Positions 51,716-61,943 of a stretch of DNA of 64,000 nt are shown here, piece by piece. Both the position numbers and the translations under genes were made by a program. Positions within the stretch are counted from its first letter, which is position 1, and each line of letters opens with the position of its first letter. The notes beneath the pieces are model-generated. The model was not told the DNA's origin. It was given only the letters and a program-made list of their open reading frames with translations, and searched no databases. The stretch spans positions 1 to 64,000 of the forward strand of contig MCFE01000143.1 in the NCBI GenBank assembly GCA_002104905.1. The letters are read 5' to 3'. The stretch comes from Basidiobolus meristosporus CBS 931.73 (lineage: Eukaryota; Fungi; Basidiobolomycota).

Positions 51716-52981
51716 TTATTGGTTGGAATTGAATACCAAAAGGTTAGGAGTGGTTCCTTTCAATCCAGTGATCGCATTCTTGGTGGCCTTGGCGGCGAGT
51801 GCTGCATACACCTGAGCTGGGCTGCTTAAGCCTCCTTGGGACAGGTACAATGCAGCAACACCAGCAACATGAGGACTAGCCATGCTGGTGCCAGAGATCT
51901 TCTTCGAGGCTGAGGTGCCACCGATCCAGGCAGAGGTGATGTCCTGACCCGGGGCCAAGATCTTCACACACTTGCCATAGTTGCTGAAGCTAGCCAAGGT
52001 GTCGGAGATGGTGGTGGCTCCAACAGCGAACGCATCGGCGGCATTGGCAGGGGACACGTTGCAAGCATCCTGGCTCTCATTACCGGCAGCCACAATGAAG
52101 GTGACCCCGGCCTTGACAGCGGCATTCACGGCCTGCTTCAAAGCCTCACTGTTGCCACCACCAAGGGACATGTTGGCCACACTCTTGCGACCACTCTTCT
52201 TGGCCTGCTCGGCCACCCAGTTCACCCCGGAGATGACACCTGAGGTGGTGCCACTCCCGCTGCCACTCAGCACCTTCACTCCGATGAGCTTGGCCTTCTT
52301 GGCTACACCATATGCGTTGCCACCCACTGTGCCAGAGACGTGGGTTCCGTGACCATTGAGATCGTCATTGGCCTCGCCAGTGATGAAGCTCACAGGAAGC
52401 GTGGCCCTGCCTCCGAAGTCAGCGTGCTTGACATTGATGCCAGTATCGATGACATACACATCAACACCCTCACCCGCCACATCAGGGTAGTTGTATGGGG
52501 CGCTGGTATTGCGGGTGCGCTGCGAGACTCTTGGAAGGCCCCAGCTTGGAGGGTTGTTCTGTACTCCAGAGATGGTGAACACTTGCTCAGCCTCGACGTA
52601 TTCGATATTTCCATTGGTCTTGAGCTCATTGACTAAGCCTTGACTGAGCACGCCGGCATAGGCGTTGAAGCTGTCCAAGGAGTACTTGTTCTTGAGCTCA
52701 TTCTTCAGTCCGTTGTTGCCACTACGGCCGCGGTTGTACTGGTCCAGCTTAGTCTTGAGGAATTGGTCAACTAGTAATTGAAAAGGATGGTTAACTATCA
52801 CTACCGTGATTACGACATGGTACTTACAGATTATTCGCACTCTACCTTTGTTTGAGTCTGCGCCTTCCTTGATCTTGACGATGTACTTGTTGGATACATC
52901 CACGATTTGAGCTTCGGTAAGCTGAACAGTCAACAGGATGGCTACGAGAGAGCCCAAAGTGAAAGTGCGAATATTGACCAT
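51716..52981 (-). CDS. Subtilisin S8A copy D, intact, 396 aa
   Basis: Exon 1 52981-52846, intron 52845-52771 (75 nt and stop-free, so the ORF track reads through it), exon 2 52770-51716. Full catalytic triad. Confidence 0.95.
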   Translation of the reverse strand: MVNIRTFTLGSLVAILLTVQLTEAQIVDVSNKYIVKIKEGADSNKGRVRIICKYHVVITVVIVNHPFQLLVDQFLKTKLDQYNRGRSGNNGLKNELKNKYSLDSFNAYAGVLSQGLVNELKTNGNIEYVEAEQVFTISGVQNNPPSWGLPRVSQRTRNTSAPYNYPDVAGEGVDVYVIDTGINVKHADFGGRATLPVSFITGEANDDLNGHGTHVSGTVGGNAYGVAKKAKLIGVKVLSGSGSGTTSGVISGVNWVAEQAKKSGRKSVANMSLGGGNSEALKQAVNAAVKAGVTFIVAAGNESQDACNVSPANAADAFAVGATTISDTLASFSNYGKCVKILAPGQDITSAWIGGTSASKKISGTSMASPHVAGVAALYLSQGGLSSPAQVYAALAAKATKNAITGLKGTTPNLLVFNSNQ

Positions 52982-53706
52982 GTTAATGATAAAGATACTA
53001 GAATAGATGCTTGAAAGATAAAGTTGTGCTGCCCTATTTATACGTGATGTTTCTCTTTTGAGGGCAGGCATTATCCAGTAGGAGGTGCCCGCTACTACTG
53101 TAACCTTAAGATTCACACGTTCCATCCGCGCCAACACACCAAGCCAGTCAAGTTAAATGTTCCCGCGAATGAATATTTCTCATAACTGTCTGGAATTTCG
53201 CACCATATTTAGCCTTTAAGATTTACACTTACAAACAGGTCGTTAGCTAGTTATCACTTCCTTATTCGTACAGTTTTCACAGCAATATCGTTAATCATTT
53301 CTATTTTTCGAAATTGCGCAAGTTACCATCCGAATTGTCTTGAAATCATGAAGAATAAGTACCTTGCTGTGCCTTATACGATGTTGCAATATGTGGGAAC
53401 CGGTTAGGGAACTAAGGAAACAAGCCGTGCGTTCAATAGGAGGCCGACCCATTAGGTAGTAATTTATAGATGTGCCTTGTGACGTAGAGAAATTGATCAC
53501 ATAAAATGGTAGTTATAGCGACTAAATAAGGGATGGCAAGTTTGTAAATACCATCGAAATATTGATTAATATGGATGTACCGGTAACGCGCCATCATCAT
53601 GCTAATTTGAAATAAGCAACCTTAATTTACCAACATCTATATGACTGTCAACATTTCATTCATTTATTCCAAGATACATGGTGCACCCAATACCGATGGG
53701 TGTTGC

Positions 53707-54966
53707 TTATTGATTAGAGTTGAAAACCAAGAGATTGGAGGTGGTACCCTTCAATCCAGTGATCGCATTCTTGGTGGCCTTGGCGGCGAGTGCTGCATAC
53801 ACCTGAGCCGGGCTGCTTAAGCCTCCTTGGGACAGGTACAAGGCAGCAACACCAGCAACATGTGGACTAGCCATGCTGGTGCCAGAGATCTTCTTCGAGG
53901 CTGAGGTGCCACCGATCCAGGCAGAGGTGATGTCCTGACCCGGGGCCAAGATCTTCACACACTTGCCATAGTTGCTGAAGCTGGCCAAGGTGTCGGAGAT
54001 GGTGGTGGCTCCAACAGCGAACGCATCGGCGGCATTGGCAGGGGACACGTTGCAAGCATCCTGGCTCTCATTACCGGCAGCCACAATGAAGGTGACACCG
54101 GCCTTGACAGCGGCATTCACGGCCTGCTTCAGAGCCTCACTGTTGCCACCGCCAAGGGACATGTTGGCCACACTCTTGCGACCACTCTTCTTGGCCTGCT
54201 CGGCCACCCAGTTCACCCCGGAGATGACACCTGAGGTGGTGCCACTCCCGCTGCCACTCAGCACCTTCACTCCGATGAGCTTGACCTTCTTGGCTACACC
54301 ATATGCGTTGCCACCCACTGTGCCAGAGACGTGGGTTCCGTGACCATTGAGATCATCATTGGCCTCGCCAGTGATGAAGCTCACAGGAAGCGTGGCCCTG
54401 CCTCCGAAGTCAGCGTGCTTGACATTGATACCAGTATCGATGACATACACATCAACACCCTCACCAGCCACATCAGGGTAGTTGTATGGGGCGCTGGTGT
54501 TGCGGGTGCGCTGCGAGACTCTTGGAAGGCCCCAGCTTGGAGGGTTGTTCTGTACTCCAGAGATGGTGAACACTTGCTCAGCCTCGACGTATTCGATATC
54601 TCCATTGGTCTTGAGCTCATTGACTAAGCCTTGGCTGAGCACGCCGGCATAGGCGTTGAAGCTGTCCAAGGAGTACTTGTTCTTGAGCTCATTCTTCAGT
54701 CCGTTGTTGCCACTACGGCCGCGGTTGTACTGGTCCAGCTTAGTCTTGAGGAATTGGTCAACTACATGATCAGAAGACGGTTAATTCTGGATGTGATGAT
54801 AGAAATGCCGTCATGGTTCTTGAAAACCACCTTTGTTCGAGTCTGCGCCTTCCTTGATCTTGACGATATACTTGTTGGATACATCCACAGTCTGGGACTC
54901 AGCCAGCTGAATAGCTAGCAAGATGACTGCCAGAGAACCTAAAGTGAAAGTGCGGATATTGACCAT
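53707..54966 (-). CDS. Subtilisin S8A copy E, intact, 396 aa
   Basis: Exon 1 54966-54831, intron 54830-54762, exon 2 54761-53707. Full catalytic triad. Confidence 0.95.
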
Positions 54967-55729
54967 GGTAGCAACTTGGATTGTTAGATAAATTCCATTT
55001 TGGCTAACAAGCTGCATTATATACCTTTTTGTGAAAGTTTTTCAGCAGGGAATAGAAATGATCTACATACTATCGTAAGATGAATCGAAGTCGAGTATCT
55101 AGTGCTTACATGTTCCCAGCAATCATTTCTATCCTTTCTAGATTGAGATGAGGTGATTGCTTGATGTGCTCATTGTTGGAATACCGGTAAGCCATAAAAC
55201 GCCGACCGGTCACATACCGGCTTATAGGTTCTAAGTTGATTTTGTCCCTCAGTGACTGCAGTCGATCATTGCCATATAGCGGGATTACGCTTGTGATAGA
55301 AAATATGGCAATTAACTAATTTGACGAGAACTCTATATTCGTATCCTTAAGGTATAGCAACCGTTGCTGATGAATTAACCTATATTCTAGGTAATTACCC
55401 AAGAAGATTCCGATCTAGTTTTACCCAGATTATGAAATACTCCCAAAAGTCGTGATCATGTGCTTTTCTAGAAAACCCAATGCTCCGAGATATCAACAAT
55501 ATTTCTTCTACTTCAACAGGGAGCCTGAGAAATTCGGAAGTTACCGGTTCTATTGATTTTTTTTGAATATGTTAAGCATTGATGCTTCCATTTACGCCAC
55601 GATTTCATAGAATGTTATTCCATTGATTGTTGAATGTGAAATTCAGCCGTTTCTTGAAATAGAAATGTCGAGATTTCATCAGTTTATTCATAAAATAGAT
55701 TCTCAGCGTATAAACGAAGGAGAGTACTC

Positions 55730-56293
55730 TTATTGGTTGGGGTTGAACACCAAAAGGTTAGGAGTGGTGCCCTTCAATCCAGTGATCGCATTCTTGGTGG
55801 CCTTGGAGGTGAGCGCTGCATACACCTGAGCTGAACTGTTCAGACAGCAGCATTCATGACCTGCTTCAAAGCCTCACTGTTGCCACCATCAAGTGACATG
55901 TTGGCCATACTCTTGGGATCACTCTTCTTGGCCTGCTCGGCCACCCAGTTCACCCTGGAGATGACGCCTGAGGTGGTGCCACTCCCACTACCACTCAGCA
56001 CCTTCACTCCGATGAGCTTGGCCTTCTTGGCCACACCATAGGCGTTGTTACCACTGCGGTCACGGTTGTACTGGTTTAACTTGGTCTCAAGGAGTTAGTC
56101 AACTACAGGTTAAATGTATTATTGACTGCGAAGGTAAAAATACATTTAAGACTCTCTGAACTCTATCTTTGCTCGGATCGGAAGTTTTCTAGACTTTGAC
56201 GATGTATTTGCTCGATACATCCACAACTTGAGCCTTGGTCAGCTGAATTGGCAACAGGATGGAACCCAGAGTGAAAGTGCGGATGTTAAGCAT
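55730..56293 (-). pseudogene. Subtilisin pseudogene copy F
   Basis: Two internal deletions of about 290 bp and about 396 bp remove the catalytic Ser, His and Asp. Remnant exon 1 reads MLNIRTFTLGS. Confidence 0.9.
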
Positions 56294-57096
56294 AATGATA
56301 ATGAAGCCCTTTTTTAGTGGTTGAAAAGTTAAGGCTGTACTATTTGCTTTATACTGTTTTTTGGCACAAATATTCACTTCGTTGACTGTATATAGTAAGG
56401 ATTAACAAGGTAATTGGGAATTCCCTTTGATATTCGCAGCACTAGTCAGCAGTCTATTTGTTCACACATGATCATTGGTACTCACTAAAGCTGGCTAAGC
56501 TATTTTTGGCCCTTTACTTTTGTACCCCCTTAGCTCCCATGTCCAAAGCACCTCATGATACGATATGGTTGAGATCTATATTTGAAAACCAGTTTAATCT
56601 TGTTTTAGATATCGTATCCGCAAGTCCACCCCGCTTGGCCAACAGTGATCATTACCATATCGTTGGATTGCTCGTGAGATAATAACAGTCACTGTGCATT
56701 CATTTGATAACAATTATCGGATTGGAATGGGAATTTCCATACTTGACTTCAACTTAATTCCCGGTGAATCTGATCATTTGTTAATACATCATAGATCTTA
56801 TTGCACATCATTCTATAATCTCAACCAAAGATTCTATCGTTATTACACTGATGTTGCCCCTACTGTAAACTCTTTGCAAGCTTCAGCGGTTTATTTGGAA
56901 AGTGGAATTCCACGTAGTTTTTGCTCATCCTTTTAAGGATAATTTGATGCAATTAGCATCTCAAAATGCATTTTACATTTACCAGAAAGACTCATACACC
57001 GCGTGTGTGGCTGTTCGACTATACTCCATTCCACCGAAAGATATAAGCGTTGAAGCTATTTATTTGTACGATACCTTCACCAAGTTAAAACAACAT

Positions 57097-57968
57097 GAGT
57101 GCTGCATACACCTGAGCTGGACTGTCAGACAGCAGCATTCACGGCCTGCTTCAGAGCCTCACTGTTGCCACCACCAAGGGACATGTTGGCCACACTCTTT
57201 GCGACCACTCTTCTTGGCCTGCTCGGCCACCCAGTTCACCCCGGAGATGACACCTGAGGTGGTGCCACTCCCGCTGCCACTCAGCACCTTCACTCCGATG
57301 AGCTTGACCTTCTTGGCCACACCATAGGCGTTGCCACCCACTGTGCCAGAGACATGGGTTCCGTGACCATTGAGATCGTCATTGGCCTCGCCAGTGATGA
57401 AGCTCACAGGAAGCGTGGCCCTGCCTCCGAAGTCTGCATGCTTGACATTAATACCAGTATCGATGACATACACATCAACACCCTCACCAGCCACATCAGG
57501 GTAGTTGTATGGGGCGCTGGTGTTGCGGGTGCGCTGCGAGACTCTTGGAAGACCCCAGCTTGGAGGGTTGTTCTGTACTCCAGAGATGGTGAACACTTGC
57601 TCAGCCTCGACGTATTCGATATCTCCATTGGTCTTGAGCCCATTGACTAAGCCTTGGCTGAACACACCGGCAGAGGCATTGAAGCTGTCCAAGGAGTACT
57701 TGTTCTTGAGCTCATTCTTCAGTCCGTTGTTGCCACTACGGCCGCGGTTGTACTGGTCCAGCTTAGTCTTGAGGAATGGTCAACTAGAAGTGTATAGTCA
57801 ATTAAAAGCCCCACATTAGCTAGCAATTTTCATTGGTCTTACCTTTATTTGCGTCGGCACCTTCTTTAACCTTAACGATGTACTTGTTACCACATCGACA
57901 ATCTGAGCTTCTGTGAACCGAGCAGCCAACAGAATAGCCACCAGTGAGCCCAAGATGAAAGTACGCAT
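57097..57968 (-). pseudogene. Subtilisin pseudogene copy G
   Basis: Frameshifts in exon 1 and before SLGGG, the same approximately 290-bp deletion as copy F, and a truncated 3' end. Confidence 0.9.
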
Positions 57969-59085
57969 TTTGTAGGCGGTTTTGATTTTAGCGATTGAGA
58001 AGATAATGATGGTCTACCAGTTGCGCATTGCTTATGTACCGGTTCAATATCTGGACCCATCATGTCCATGCGACCGAGGATATCAGAATTAGCTTACATC
58101 CAGGTTTCAACCAGAATCACCTGTGGGAGTCATCAGCGACGCACCAAGTTTCTTATTCACGTATGGAATTCATATTTGGCAAGCGAAAGAATCACTTTCT
58201 GGCGGTGGTGACCCATCTACCCTCTTGTACAGCTCCATCTAGTTGACTTTTGTAGCTGAAACACTGGGGGTCGCGCGCAATCTGGTAGTTGCCAAATATG
58301 CACCATCTATCGGTGAATACTCTGGCAGGAGGCTTCGCTGATCTTTTCCATACTTTTGGAATGGCGGTGAGAAGATCACAAGTGCCACGGAGTCATTTGA
58401 TACGAAAGGTTTTGCCTTCCCCTATGCAGTTGGTTTAGCCCTTCTGGGCACATTAGTGTGAAGATCAAAATACCCAGAGTCACCACTGATCCATACACCC
58501 TATCCGAAACTTCATGGCGCCAGAATGCACATGAGCTCGGAGTTATTATCCATGAGGTCCACTTAATGAATATCATTAGTCGGAATTCTCAGCCGGGTAG
58601 TCAGATTGACAGCCCTAAGTGCGTTTGTAATTACGTCCCATCCAATGCCATTTTGGAATCAAATTTCGAGTTTTCTCCGCATATACTACCATTTCATTCA
58701 TTTATCTACTGTGTATATCTTCATGTGAATCTTCATGATTCGCCCTTATGGGAAACTTGTACTTGCCCTAGCAAGCTGCTCAAAATGCCTACTACTCTAT
58801 AAGCTCGTTGAAGCCTATCCCGAATCTAATGGTGATAAACATTTGCACATGGATGGAAGCCCTTCAGTGGTAGGTACTCCCTTGGGTTGTAACAAGGTGT
58901 AAAATGTGTGCATTGGCCCTCTACCAAAAGTGCAACTCCTCAGCATAAATCATGATACGTTAGGTCTCTTAAATTGAATGGAACTCACTTTATGTGTAAG
59001 TATAGGTTTGATATATTGGCACATGGACTATACAAGTACCCTGTAGATTTGTAAAGTAGATAGGCAATAGTAGTGCAGGTATAAT

Positions 59086-60717
59086 TGCTGGAAATTTTGT
59101 AAATCCACCTGAATATTTACCTTAATTAGTCACCTAGATCATAATCTACAAATCTTAGATTATTCTGGCCATATTTCTTGTAGGGATTTACTTGGATGCT
59201 TTTCACCAAAACATCAGGTACTCAGAGCATGAAATATCAGGAAGTTGTCCAAACAGTACCAAACTTTGCACACATGCTCTTGAGACCCTCAATGTTAAAG
59301 AGCAAAAATGCAAGGAATGCCTCAAAGAAACCTATCAGACATGCTTAGCTGCTAAGAAAATTTATCATATACCAACAACATTAGCTACAAAGATGACCCT
59401 GGAGCCAAATAACAAATTACCTTATTTGTTGATGGAATAGAATCATTGGGTATACAAACCATGGATGAAGATCCCATATTTGCCCTTGTGAAGAGCCTTA
59501 CAAGCTGGTTTCAGGGCCTTTCATTAGCCTTGCAGTCCAGAGCTGAAGATATGACTTTCAAATGAATATACTGAAGGCTCCTAGATGAAAAGTCAAGAAA
59601 ATCAACCACCAAAAAAAAGGATGATGAAAATGCTTTGATATGCAGATACAGACAAATAAAGGGGCACTTACAGCTATTCAAAGGCTGCAAAAGCCTTTTT
59701 TGTAACAAATGCAAAAGTAAAGGATACTTGTCAGATTGGTGCCTTAAAAGGAGTATAATGAGCAAAAACACATGAATTTGGAAGTGCTGCAACCACCAAT
59801 GATGACTACTGATATCAGCACTCAATATGGCCACCAAAAAAAACTGTCAGAAATGATATTGTAACTTAGGAGCATGCCAACATCTCACACACCACATAGA
59901 ACTTACCAAACATCAACATATTCAAGTTACAAAGGCATTCAATGGAGACAATACAAATCATGGTGCAATTGGAGAGGAAGCCATCTAAGCCACCTTATGA
60001 GCCATCATATCTGCAAGCTAACATAAGCAACTCCAACATACCAAATACCAATGCTTTGGCACAGGAGATCTGGACACATCCTTTTTATAATTTAAGTACA
60101 CAGAGCAGAAATGAGCTAATTTCCAGAGTAAAAATTGATGTTCTAGCTAGTTTGGAGCTCTATATTACCAACATACTTGGGAAACAAGACCTACATATAA
60201 AAGAACCCTATGCTAAGCAAGACAAAGAAGAAATTTGAGCTAATTTACCAGGGTCTACATGGACCTATGATAGGTTTATTATTTGCCAGAAAACATATGT
60301 CATCACACTTGGTAATAAGTGAAAAAACACAAGTGGGTCTGCTTCATGGAAAAAAAGGAAAAAGAATGATCAAGGCTGAGGGAGTTTATATTGCAGGTTT
60401 TGTAATTGCACCCAAGTATTCACCTACCTAGGCCACTTAGATCTTAAAGAATTCTACCAAACTCCCTTGCTAGGACTTACTTGAAATACTTATACTAAAG
60501 CATCAGGTACCCAGAACATACATTTCTTGAAATTGTTTGAGCAACCCTAAACCTAGCGCACATGCTCTTTAGACCTTCCTGGGCATGTTTTGAGTGCTTG
60601 CTCTGCCAAGACTATGTCAAGGTGAAAATGATACTTTACATCCAATCAGTCATTAAGTTAAAAGTACATAATCCACATACTCACCCAATCAGTTCCAAGT
60701 GTAACTAAAGCCTAACA
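59086..60717 (+). mobile_element. Old, internally deleted Ty1/copia element (5' LTR fragment, gag/protease/integrase remnants, PPT, 3' LTR)
   Basis: LTR-like 59086-59290 and about 60384-60717. Gag-like DPIFALVKSL...SLQSRAEDMTF, Zn-knuckle-like CNKCKSKGY, integrase-like ELIYQGLHGPM, and PPT-like GCTGAGGGAG at about 60375. Confidence 0.7.
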
Positions 60718-60835
60718 ATATCTTAGCTATAGTGCAGGTGAGTTTTGTCATATATTGCTTTTGGCAGGAAGTGGCAGTGCATCCTCAAAGTCCCCACTAC
60801 TGATATTAGTGTAAACACACCACTTATCTAGCCAA

Positions 60836-61697
60836 TGTTGTAAAAACTTGTAATTCCACCTAGATATTCACCTAACTTAGTCACTTAGATCATTACCTTC
60901 CAGTCCTAGTTAATACTGACCAAATTCCTTATTGGGATTTACTTGGAATATTTTCACTAAAATGCCTGGTATCTGGAACATGAAAATTCTCAAAGTTGTC
61001 CAAACAGCCCCAAACTATCCAAGTAAACCTTAGAAGCAGTGAAGAAAGCCATACACTGACCTTCAAAGAAGTACTCTATGTACCAGAAATAGCCAAGAAC
61101 CTACTCTCTGTAAGCAAGGCCACAGCAGAAGGACTCAGTTTTGGTTTTGACAACTCTGGATGCAGGATCACTGATCAAAATGGTGTTCATATTGCTTCAG
61201 GCATAAGAGATCAGAATCTATAAAAGTTGACTTAAATTCCATCATATCTGGAAGCCAATATAAGTAACTCAAATGAAGAAACACCAATGCTTTGGCATAG
61301 GAGATTTGCACACATCAATTTTGATTATTTGCGCTAAAATGATCAAAGATCAGCTAATTTCTGGAGTGAAAATTGATCCCGCAGCTAATTTGGAGCACTG
61401 TGAAGCCTGCATATATAGGAAACAAGCCAGACAACTGTTCAAGAGCTCTGGGTTAATCAAAACTAATAAAAAATTAGATCTAATTCACTCAGATCTGTGT
61501 GGACCTATGCAAAATTTATACTTAGGCAGGATGAAGTATTTAATCACTTTTATTGATGATTATACAAGATACACATGGGTCTACTTCTTGAAGAGAAAGG
61601 AAAAAGCTCTGTCTAAGTTCAGGGAGTTTAAAGCCATGGTGGAGAGTGAAACTGGTGAAAAAATCTAGAAAATACGCTCTGACAATGGTGGAGAATA
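60836..61697 (+). mobile_element. Truncated copia fragment: LTR 5' half fused to protease/GAG-pre-integrase/integrase
   Basis: LTR TGTTGTAAAAA at 60836-61016, then KEVLYVPEIAKNLLSVSK, LWHRRFAH-like, CEAC, DLIHSDLCGPM, FIDDYTRYTWVYFLK and KIRSDNGGEY, with stops. Confidence 0.9.
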
Positions 61698-61835
61698 TGT
61701 TGTAAGAGTCTTGGAGATATTGGAAGTGATTGGGAGGACAAGTAGACTATGTGGTTTTCACTTAATGATTTATTGAATGTAAAAGTAGTATTTATACTTT
61801 TCCCTGGTCTTAGCATTACAAACACGTAGAATAGG
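61698..61835 (-). mobile_element. Partial LTR inserted into the integrase of the + strand copia fragment
   Basis: Starts immediately after the SDNGGEY codons and is nearly identical to 61944-62082. Confidence 0.85.
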
Positions 61836-61943
61836 TAAACCAATGAGCTACAATCCCCAACTTAGTTGGCATCTTAACAAGAGTATGTGCTGGGTTCAGC
61901 ATCCTTTGAGATGACAATGTACTAAAGCTTCCAAAGTCAAAAC

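Noticed and set aside
45763-57650. Repeated + strand ORFs (MLKLAKVSEM..., MGSVTIEIVIG...) recurring in each array unit
   Set aside because: Antisense shadows of the subtilisin CDS. They recur only because the sense CDS is repeated, so they are not a second gene family.
58028-58802. Possible pseudogene fragments between the protease array and the TE nest
   Set aside because: Multiple stops and no identifiable family.
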